Below, one piece after another: positions 10,691 to 18,725 of a stretch of 64,000 nucleotides of DNA (the first letter of the stretch is position 1; each line of letters opens with the position of its first letter). This DNA comes from Candidatus Poribacteria bacterium (lineage in GTDB: Bacteria > Poribacteria > WGA-4E > PCPOR2b): NCBI GenBank assembly GCA_965208675.1, contig OZ242351.1, positions 3,296,001 to 3,360,000 on the forward strand, in the 5' to 3' direction. Both the position numbers and the translations under genes were made by a program. Below the pieces are notes generated by a model that was not told the origin of the DNA, did not search any database, and saw only the letters and a list, made by a program, of their open reading frames with translations.

Positions 10691-11851
10691 ATGAAAGTTG
10701 TTGTCACTCGCGTTCAATCGAAATCGGATCTCAAGGCGTTCATTAGCTTGCCATGGCAGATATACCGCGGTATTTCAAATTGGGTACCGCCGCTGCGCGG
10801 AAATCTCAAAAGTCGGTTAGATTTGTCTAAGCACCCGTTTATTGGTTCCGCTGATGCGGCACTTTTTATTGCGCGTTGTGATGGACGAACCGTTGGCAGT
10901 ATCGCTGCAATCAACAACCATAACCATATTGATTTTCATAAGGAAGCTGTGGGTTTCTTTGGATTTTTCGAGTGCGTCCATGACCACAAAGTAGCCGAAG
11001 CCCTGTTTTCTCATGCCGCTGATTGGTTGCGAACTCATAACTTGGAAATAATGCGGGGGCCCACGAGTTACTCAACGAATGAAGAATGTGGCTTGCTTAT
11101 TGATGGATTCGATCGCCCGCCTGTCATCATGATGCCCTATAACCCGCTCTATTATGTCGATCTCGTTGAAGGATTCGGCTTCAAGAAAACAATGGACCTA
11201 CTCGCATACGAAATCACCGATGAAGTGCCCTTGCCTGACCGCCTGAAGAAAACCGTTAAATTAATCGAAAAGAGAAAAAAAGTCACAACGCGTCGCCTCA
11301 ATGTAAAACAGATTGACCAGGAAATTAAATGTGTGAAGGAAATTTATAACTCTGCATGGGAGAGAAACTGGGGATTTGTCCCAATGACAGATAAAGAAAT
11401 CGATCACCTGGCGGCGGAACTCAAACCGATTGTCGATCCTGATATTGTGCGTTTTGCCGAAATTGAAGGTGAGACAGTTGCATTTGTCCTATCCTTACCC
11501 GACTTCTATCAAGCGCTGAAGTATACCAACGGGCGGCTATTTCCGTTTGGGTTGCTCAAATTGCTCTGGCATAGCGGCAAAATCTGGCCTGCTCGAAATA
11601 AAATCGACAAGATTCGCGTACTAACGCTGGGTATAAAAAAAGAATTTCGGCGGCAAGGAATTGATGCGCTGTTGTATTACTATTCCTACGTTGAAGGTAA
11701 GAAAAAAGGGTATCGGCGGGCTGAATTGTCGTGGATTTTAGAGGATAACACCCTCATGAATCGAGCGCTGGAAAACATGGGGGCGAGAGTCTATAAACGC
11801 TATCGGATTTATGACTACCCGCTGGTTAACGCTGCTCGCGAAGCGGCATGA
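10691..11851 (+). CDS. GNAT-fold acyltransferase, probable bacterial ceramide synthase (bCerS/YghO-like)
   Basis: FISLPWQIY...WVPPL, GFFGFFEC, MMPYNP, AWERNWGFVP and ELSWILEDN..M motifs of the bCerS/YghO family. Directly after spt. Confidence 0.78.
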   Translation: MKVVVTRVQSKSDLKAFISLPWQIYRGISNWVPPLRGNLKSRLDLSKHPFIGSADAALFIARCDGRTVGSIAAINNHNHIDFHKEAVGFFGFFECVHDHKVAEALFSHAADWLRTHNLEIMRGPTSYSTNEECGLLIDGFDRPPVIMMPYNPLYYVDLVEGFGFKKTMDLLAYEITDEVPLPDRLKKTVKLIEKRKKVTTRRLNVKQIDQEIKCVKEIYNSAWERNWGFVPMTDKEIDHLAAELKPIVDPDIVRFAEIEGETVAFVLSLPDFYQALKYTNGRLFPFGLLKLLWHSGKIWPARNKIDKIRVLTLGIKKEFRRQGIDALLYYYSYVEGKKKGYRRAELSWILEDNTLMNRALENMGARVYKRYRIYDYPLVNAAREAA

Positions 11852-11897
11852 AAATTGTAGCGTAACGCCGGCCTTCAGGCAAATATCCAATTCGTTG

Positions 11898-14800
11898 TCA
11901 CAATACTTTAACAACGACCACCGTCATATCATCAGCGAGTTCGGTAGGTGCAGTAAATGTCCGGACATCGTTCAGGATAGTATCTACCCATCCCTGCGAG
12001 GGCTTCCGCTGATAAACGAGTGCTTTTAATACATTCCACATCCGAATTCTCTCGTATTCGCCCTCGTCAGCATTTCTAGCTTCCGTCAGCCCATCGCTGA
12101 AAAGCAATAGCACATCACCCTTGTACAACTTAATGGGTGCCCCGATGTGTTCCGCGCGAAATGAACACCCGAGCGGTACCGTGCTTTTGATTTCCAACTC
12201 CACGGATTGGCCTTTCCTCAACAAAATCGGTTCGGGAAGACCTGCGTTGAAATGTGTCAGCGTATTATCTTGAAGATTGAATTGCGCGAACGATGTCGCG
12301 ACAAATGCTCTTTTGGGAAGGATTTCTTGAAGTGATTGGTGCATCTTTAACAGTATTTCAGACGGAAAACTTCCCCTGCGGCTTTCCAATTGCAGCATGC
12401 CGTTGGCGAGAAATGCATTCGTTGCTGCTGCCATGCCATGGCCAGTTACATCCATCAACACGATGCCAAACTGCGTTTTATCCTCGTCTAGCCAAAGGTA
12501 TGTAAAGTAATCCCCACCGACTTCTGTTGCAGGTTCACAGACAGCAGCAATATCAAAACCTTCAATATGTGGTGCAGTTTCGGGCAACAGAGACAGTTGC
12601 ATTTCACGTGCTGTCTTGATTTCCTCAACAGCAATACGTTGGTAGGCGATTACCTGCCTGCGGCGTTTAAGTAAGACTACCGCCTGCATCACGAGCATCC
12701 CGACCACAATCGCGCTGCCGCCAACCGCCGGCACGAGGAAAAGAGCCGTTTCATGAAATGGCGTCGGTACCGTGAAATTTAGAGTCGTAGGGCTGGAATA
12801 GTTAAAATCACGGTCGACCGCTTGTATTTCGAATGCGTAGTCGCCTGGCAAAAGGTTAAAATATTGGATTTCTTCCGCATTGATTGGAGGTTGCCAATCG
12901 ACTTCTTTTCCGATTAGCCGGTGATAATATCGCATCCCTCCTGGTCGAGTTTTGAAACTGACGGCGTTGAAACTGAAAACCACGCGTTTGACTCCGGCGG
13001 GTAACGTGAGAAAATCTGCCGGCGCTTCGTAGACCTGGTCGTCGGCAGCGACTCTCGTGATGGCCACAGGCAACTCAACTTTCTTCGGTCGGTTAAACCG
13101 GATGGCCCCACCGCCTAGCGTCCCGACCCAAACTGCTCCGTTGCTATCCATATACACAGATGTCACGCTGTCATTCGGCAGGCCGTCTCGCGAGTCGATG
13201 GTTTGAAACGTCCTGCCGTCATAGCGGCTGATTCCACCGTCGACCGTTCCAAACCACATCACGCCCTCCGTATCTTGAATAATTGCGCCGATATAGTGGC
13301 TTCCAAGCCCGTCTGCAATGGTATAGGATGTCCAATTCGTCCCATCAAATCGGCTGACCCCTCCGCCGAACGTTCCGAACCACATGTCTCCTTTTTGGTC
13401 TTCGAAAATGGATAAAACCGTGTTATTTGCCAAGCCGTCCGCCGTAGTGTAAGTAATCCAATTTTCGCCGTCAAATCGGCCTACGCCATACCCGGGGTCA
13501 ATTTGTCCTCCTGTACCAAACCATAATGCCCCTTGCCGATCTTGAAATATTGATGAAACGGTGTTTTTCGGCAACCCGTCCACCTCAGTGACTGTTGTCC
13601 AATTCTTCCCATCAAACCGAACGACCCCCTTTCCAGGGTTCATTTGACTTCCCGTCGCGAACCAGATGTGACCATCGGCATCTTCAAGGATTGCGCTTAC
13701 GCTGTCCACCATAAACCCGTTTTGTCGGGTATAGTGTGTCCAGCGCTTTCCATCGAAGCGGCTGATACCCCCCCGATGCTTCGCAACCCAAATCAAACCT
13801 TCTTTATCTTTGAGAATCACATTCATAGGACCAAATTTCAAATCGTCCTCTCTGGTATAAGTTTGCCAGTTTACTCCATCAAATCGGCTGACACCGCCAA
13901 ACGTCCCGAACCACATTGCGCCGCTATCATCTTGTCGGATGGCGTGCACCTTGTCGCTCGGCAAACCGTCTTTTTGCGTGTACACGGTCCAACTTCTCGT
14001 ATCCAACCGACTGACGCCGCCGCCGAGCGTGCCGAACCAGATGGCGCCCTCCCTGTCTTGCATGAGCGCAAATACAGAGTTGCTAGCTAATCCATCTGCG
14101 GATGTATATGATTCCCATTTCTTGCCATCATACCTAGAAACGCCGCCAGTTTCGGTTCCGAACCACAACATTCCCGTGTCGTCCTCCATCATGGTGTGGA
14201 CGACATCATCAGCCAATCCATCGCTTCTGGTAATGGCGTGCCACCCTTCGCCGTCAAATCGCTTGACGCCTGCGCCGATAGTCCCCGCCAAAATGTCGCC
14301 AGATTGGGTTTCAAGCAGCGCGGTCACGCGCGAGATTGCGCCATCTTGATTTTCCTGTGAAGGGATAGCAGACGGGGTAGTTAGATTAATTTTAATCCAA
14401 TTCTCTCCATCATACCGCTTGAGTCCGTCCATCGTCCCGGCCAAAATGTTTCCTTCTCTGTCTTGAAGTAGGGCTGTTACCCAACGATACCGCCCGGCTA
14501 CGTGAACGGTACGCCACTCCCGCCCGGCGTATCGTACAATACCGCGTCGCGTTCCTGCCCAGATAACGCCTTCTCGATCAATGAGAAGCGCCGTTACTTC
14601 TCCCGACTTTTGATTTGAGGCGTCTTCAAAGGCAACACGGCGCCACTCGTTCCCGTCATAGCGGCAAAGTCCACGATTCGTTGCTGCCCAGATAGCGCCA
14701 GTTCGATCTTGCCGAAGCGCCCGAACCGTGGCACCGGCAAGACCGTCCTTTTCGGTGTAGTTAATCCAATTTCTCCCATCAAACCGGCTTACACCGTCCT

Positions 14801-15053
14801 GTGTTCCAAACCAAATCTCACCGTCAGTGGTTTGCAGGGCGGAGAACACAGCGTTGTGCGCCAGTCCATCCACATGCCGGTAGGTTTTCCAAATTCCCAC
14901 GGTTCGATTCTCTTGCGTGGTGTTTTGCTGGCAATTCGCGTCTTGATACTGCATGCAAAACATGAGGCTGGTCAACACACCGATGAACGTGCCGTAATGA
15001 ACTTGAACGATTTGGAATCTCAAATAGGATTTAATAACGGATATCGGATTCAT
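11898..15053 (-). CDS. Membrane sensor: Reg_prop beta-propellers + Y_Y_Y + TM + SpoIIE/PP2C phosphatase
   Basis: Many DGL..N.V..I.QD..G..WFGT repeats, YFNLLPGDYAFEIQA, one TM, then VGGDYF, DVTGHG, LFSDGLTEA and DDMT. Confidence 0.92.
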   Translation of the reverse strand: MNPISVIKSYLRFQIVQVHYGTFIGVLTSLMFCMQYQDANCQQNTTQENRTVGIWKTYRHVDGLAHNAVFSALQTTDGEIWFGTQDGVSRFDGRNWINYTEKDGLAGATVRALRQDRTGAIWAATNRGLCRYDGNEWRRVAFEDASNQKSGEVTALLIDREGVIWAGTRRGIVRYAGREWRTVHVAGRYRWVTALLQDREGNILAGTMDGLKRYDGENWIKINLTTPSAIPSQENQDGAISRVTALLETQSGDILAGTIGAGVKRFDGEGWHAITRSDGLADDVVHTMMEDDTGMLWFGTETGGVSRYDGKKWESYTSADGLASNSVFALMQDREGAIWFGTLGGGVSRLDTRSWTVYTQKDGLPSDKVHAIRQDDSGAMWFGTFGGVSRFDGVNWQTYTREDDLKFGPMNVILKDKEGLIWVAKHRGGISRFDGKRWTHYTRQNGFMVDSVSAILEDADGHIWFATGSQMNPGKGVVRFDGKNWTTVTEVDGLPKNTVSSIFQDRQGALWFGTGGQIDPGYGVGRFDGENWITYTTADGLANNTVLSIFEDQKGDMWFGTFGGGVSRFDGTNWTSYTIADGLGSHYIGAIIQDTEGVMWFGTVDGGISRYDGRTFQTIDSRDGLPNDSVTSVYMDSNGAVWVGTLGGGAIRFNRPKKVELPVAITRVAADDQVYEAPADFLTLPAGVKRVVFSFNAVSFKTRPGGMRYYHRLIGKEVDWQPPINAEEIQYFNLLPGDYAFEIQAVDRDFNYSSPTTLNFTVPTPFHETALFLVPAVGGSAIVVGMLVMQAVVLLKRRRQVIAYQRIAVEEIKTAREMQLSLLPETAPHIEGFDIAAVCEPATEVGGDYFTYLWLDEDKTQFGIVLMDVTGHGMAAATNAFLANGMLQLESRRGSFPSEILLKMHQSLQEILPKRAFVATSFAQFNLQDNTLTHFNAGLPEPILLRKGQSVELEIKSTVPLGCSFRAEHIGAPIKLYKGDVLLLFSDGLTEARNADEGEYERIRMWNVLKALVYQRKPSQGWVDTILNDVRTFTAPTELADDMTVVVVKVL

Positions 15054-15306
15054 GTATTAATTCAGCGTGGGACATCTTAAGGATCGGCTACGGGCGAAAC
15101 CGAACCCCATTTCTCGCTAATATCCAACAAACAGATTGGAGAGACATCTGTTCCAGAGGAAATCGGCGGGCGTGCAAAGTATTCATCACATTTTAAATGG
15201 TCAAAGTTGTCACGTGTGTTCTATAATAGTGTAGATGAATCGGTATTTCAAGAGTTATTTATTCAATACATTCCAAAGTATTGGTCAATCGCGGAGATTT
15301 CAAAAA

Positions 15307-18108
15307 ATGGATTGGAATGCAATATTATTAGTCACAATCGTAGTTATCGCATTTGGTGCACTTGCTTCTTCGAGCTTGTGGGCGTCGCTTGCAATTAGCG
15401 GCTCAGACAACGAGGTAGTAAAGACCACAATAACTGTCGATAATACGGGCGAGTCTGTCTTTGTTATGTGGACGACTCGGGATTGTTTTCCGCCGCAACA
15501 GCGCTGGGGCCTCCATCTGCGGTTCAATTCGTCCACCGATGGGGGCGCAAACTGGAAGGGCCGCCCAGTAAACTTCATACACAATTCCCCTGCTGATGCT
15601 AGTGATGTCCTGCCTGAACTGGCTGTTGACAACCAAGGGAAACTTCATCTGCTCTGGTCCCGCGGTGATGATAGAGCGTCGCCCTACTACACCTCTTCGC
15701 TTGATTTCGGGCTTTCATGGAACAATCCAATTGCAATTGGATTGGAGGGCTACGGATGGGTACAGCACAACGGCCTCGGGCTGGCGGTTAGCGAGGACGG
15801 GAAGAATCTCTGGGCATTCCATAACGACGCCGACTGGACTGCAAACGATTGCGGCTCTAGCGACGGCGGTTTGACCTGGACGCAGCTCGGAAGGCACTTG
15901 GCTGCGGGCAGCCGCATGGATGGCGGCAACCCGACCCAAAGTTATTGCTCCGACGCTATAGTCGTGGGTGATTACCGGTACGTATTGCGAAAGCGAAACG
16001 ATCGGCTCAACGTTTTGACTTACGACGGCAACACATGGTCGTCCTCGACTCCGACTCAGGTCAAGAACCCGCTTTCACTGGCAGACGATCACACTATAGT
16101 CGCTGACAGCGACGGCGGCATATATATTGTCTTTAGCGACGCGGGCGGGATTTTTTGCATGCGTTCAGCCGACAGCGGTGTCACTTGGGAAGATAAAGTG
16201 CGAGTGGACGATAGTCTGGAAGGCAAACACCTCCTGCCGGTCATAGGGATAATGGGGGATGGGACTTTGGCTATTGCGTGGCAGGACGGCCGCGAAACAG
16301 TCTCCGCGATTCGGTACTCAATTTCGAAAGATGCCGGCAAAACCTGGGGCGCCAGCGAAATTCTCTCGCCATCGGCAATGAGCCAGACGGCACCTGATAT
16401 GTATATCGTCAACGAATCCTTGTATTTTAGCTACACGGAAGATGGCAGAGCCTTTTTCGCACGGATTCCGTGCGTACCGCCGCTGGATACATCCAACCTT
16501 TTTCCGATTTCCGGCTTTGACGTCTTTGGTTCGCAATTTGACGGAAGGCTGCCGGCCGGCTGGAGTTTTGATTCTTGGAACCAGGAATTCGCGGGTGAAA
16601 CGTTCGGCAAGGCATCTCCCGGCAGGAATGGAGAGGGATTCTGTTTAGCGCTGAAGCAGGGATTGCCTGCGAATTCCTTTACGATTCGCAGTCAGTCAGT
16701 GCCCGTGACAGCCGATACTGCGTATGTTTTCAAGGGGTACTATGCCGCAGTGTGCCGGGGAAAGGTGTCGGTTGCGGGACAATGGATCGACACAGACGGA
16801 GAGGCATTCGAAAGTTTTGAGGTCAAACTTCCCGATACACAGGACGACTGGATTGCATTCTTCGAAGAGCTCTATAGCCCGGCTAACGCAGCACAATTGC
16901 AGATAGTGATTACGAAAGAGTGGCGGGATGGCTCAGTGCGATTTGATGATTTTTCCCTCCGCAAAGGCGTTCTACGGGACTATGCATCGGAATTTTCTCT
17001 GCCTCCGCTGAAGCCCGGCGAATCGCGATTCCCTATCTACGGTCTTTTCACCAGCGGCCCCGGCCTCGGCGCAGAATGGGAGGCTGAATGCGCAATGGCA
17101 AACTTCAGCGTCGGTTCCTGGCGTGCAAAGTACGGGTTGCGAAGGCGTATTTCTTCGACTTGGGCGTCTACTTGGGATGACTCAGAACTCGTAAAAGCCA
17201 ATGAGGATTCTGAGGTTTTTGATATCTCGGGGCACGACGAGCCGGGGAAGTGGCAGTATTTAGATCTCGCGGAGCAAAACCGCCGATTTAGGCGGCTTGC
17301 ACCTTCCAAACCCTTTGTAGTGAATCTACTCCCATGCTATGGGCCATATTCTCCCTATCCGGTCTACCGAGACTACGTCCGGTCATTTATTGAAACCGTT
17401 GAACCGTCACTGTTTACTTATGACAACTATGCGTTGGGCGGAGAATCTCCGTCCTACGGCGGGCATTTCTTCCCCAATTTTGAAATCGTGCGTCAAGAAG
17501 CCCTGAGAGCAGACGTCCACTTTGGCTTCATCGGTTCGGTGGTCGCGTTTTTCCACATTCGCAGCCCGAGCGAAGCGGAGCTTCGCTGGCAGGCTTATAG
17601 CGCATTGGCTTATGGCGCACGAACCTTGGGTTGGTTCACTTACAACACGGAGGTCGAATATGGCGGCCATAATTGGCATGATGCTGTTATAGAAAGCGAC
17701 GGCAGCCGGTCCTTGCACTATTCTATGCTGCGCCGAGTGAACGGTGAGATACTCAATATTGGCGATACCTTGCTGCGGCTGAAATCCACGAACGTCTTTC
17801 ACACAGAGCCTTTGCCGGAACTGACTCGAGATGTGTCAGAATCAATGTTAATAAGTTCAATTAGCGAAGGGAAGTGGGTTGTAGGCGAGTTCGTGGATAG
17901 TTCAGGCGTAAACTACTTCATGCTGGTCAACCGCGACTTCACGAAGGAGCAGAAAGCAGTTTTAACATTCAACGGCAAGCCCAAAGCTCTATTCGAGATC
18001 GATAAATCCGATGGTACACAGACGCCGGTCGTGGGTTTCAGTGCGCAAAACCGATCGGTATCTTTGACGGTGACTGCCGGGAATGGCCGCCTATTTCTCC
18101 TCAAGTAG
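15307..18108 (+). CDS. Exported multidomain carbohydrate-active protein: BNR/Asp-box propeller + CBM-like jelly roll + glycoside hydrolase-like barrel
   Basis: Signal/TM segment and five Asp-boxes (SSTDGGANW, SSLDFGLSW, SSDGGLTW, SADSGVTW, SKDAGKTW). VRFDDFSL ends the CBM-like part. HDEP and LRWQAYSALAYGA..LGWF are GH42-like motifs. Start taken at ATG 15307. Confidence 0.7.
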   Translation: MDWNAILLVTIVVIAFGALASSSLWASLAISGSDNEVVKTTITVDNTGESVFVMWTTRDCFPPQQRWGLHLRFNSSTDGGANWKGRPVNFIHNSPADASDVLPELAVDNQGKLHLLWSRGDDRASPYYTSSLDFGLSWNNPIAIGLEGYGWVQHNGLGLAVSEDGKNLWAFHNDADWTANDCGSSDGGLTWTQLGRHLAAGSRMDGGNPTQSYCSDAIVVGDYRYVLRKRNDRLNVLTYDGNTWSSSTPTQVKNPLSLADDHTIVADSDGGIYIVFSDAGGIFCMRSADSGVTWEDKVRVDDSLEGKHLLPVIGIMGDGTLAIAWQDGRETVSAIRYSISKDAGKTWGASEILSPSAMSQTAPDMYIVNESLYFSYTEDGRAFFARIPCVPPLDTSNLFPISGFDVFGSQFDGRLPAGWSFDSWNQEFAGETFGKASPGRNGEGFCLALKQGLPANSFTIRSQSVPVTADTAYVFKGYYAAVCRGKVSVAGQWIDTDGEAFESFEVKLPDTQDDWIAFFEELYSPANAAQLQIVITKEWRDGSVRFDDFSLRKGVLRDYASEFSLPPLKPGESRFPIYGLFTSGPGLGAEWEAECAMANFSVGSWRAKYGLRRRISSTWASTWDDSELVKANEDSEVFDISGHDEPGKWQYLDLAEQNRRFRRLAPSKPFVVNLLPCYGPYSPYPVYRDYVRSFIETVEPSLFTYDNYALGGESPSYGGHFFPNFEIVRQEALRADVHFGFIGSVVAFFHIRSPSEAELRWQAYSALAYGARTLGWFTYNTEVEYGGHNWHDAVIESDGSRSLHYSMLRRVNGEILNIGDTLLRLKSTNVFHTEPLPELTRDVSESMLISSISEGKWVVGEFVDSSGVNYFMLVNRDFTKEQKAVLTFNGKPKALFEIDKSDGTQTPVVGFSAQNRSVSLTVTAGNGRLFLLK

Positions 18109-18350
18109 TTGCCATTGGCAAACGTAAGGCATTAGCGGGCAAAAACGTGGAACCCCCAATAGCGCCGCACGGATTTTTCATTTATCCCGTCCAGCAGAAC
18201 CTGGGTGTTTATGCACCTCCTTCCTCCTTGTCAAGGCGGGGAATGATTCAGAAAAATCCTCCCCCTTATCAAGCTTACTATTACCCACAAGTCCAGAAAT
18301 TTGCACGGAGCCGCGCTGTGGGAGGGAAATCCTTCTCCCGATTGTCGAGA

Positions 18351-18405
18351 ATCAAGCGACCGAATAGGGAGCATCAACTGAGCGGATAGCGAAGGCGATA
18401 GTCTT
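18351..18405 (+). repeat. 33-nt hairpin element: truncated copy (18351-18372) plus full copy (18373-18405)
   Basis: ATCAAGCGACCGAATAGGGAGC followed by ATCAACTGAGCGGATAGCGAAGGCGATAGTCTT. Confidence 0.9.
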
Positions 18406-18477
18406 AAAATGCCTCTCCAACAGTGAGAACGCCTTGTCGGCTCATTACAATAATCATTCCCCTCCTTACCAAGGAGC

Positions 18478-18510
18478 ATCAACTGACCGATTAGGGAAGG
18501 CGATAGTTTT
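18478..18510 (+). repeat. 33-nt hairpin element
   Basis: ATCAACTGACCGATTAGGGAAGGCGATAGTTTT. Confidence 0.9.
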
Positions 18511-18725
18511 TATAGTTCTTATAGGTTGGGTTGTGCGCTGTTTCTAGCACCCTCCATTAAGATGTAGGTAATAGTAAGCTTAGTAAGGGGGAGATTTATT
18601 CCGACGAACATTGCCGCGATTCGGAGATTGCGCCTACGGAACCTACAAGAACTAGCGAATATGTGCCGTGAGTTGGAGATTGCGCTTACCGAAGGTGCGA
18701 GAACGGTTGGAGGGGCGGCGAGGTT

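Larger units (their letters stand above)
18260..18533 (+). repeat. Approximately 270-bp composite dispersed repeat, copy A
   Basis: Aligns closely with 39391-39650 (CCCCCTTATCA.GCTTACTATTACCCACAAGTCCAGAAAT...TAGGTTGG.TTG). Confidence 0.92.

Noticed and set aside
12900-14900. Internal DNA repeats as a DGR or a nucleotide-level array
   Set aside because: They are explained by Reg_prop protein repeats. There is no reverse transcriptase and no adenine-specific TR/VR pair was seen.
18147-18389. Small ORFs 18147..18389 and 39372..39560 sharing PPYQAYYYPQVQKFARS
   Set aside because: The similarity comes from the 270-bp non-coding repeat. Starts and ends differ and there is no independent coding evidence.
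18351-18510. Clustered ~33-nt repeats as a CRISPR array
   Set aside because: Copies are degenerate, irregularly spaced and dispersed on both strands, with no unique spacers of constant length and no cas genes.
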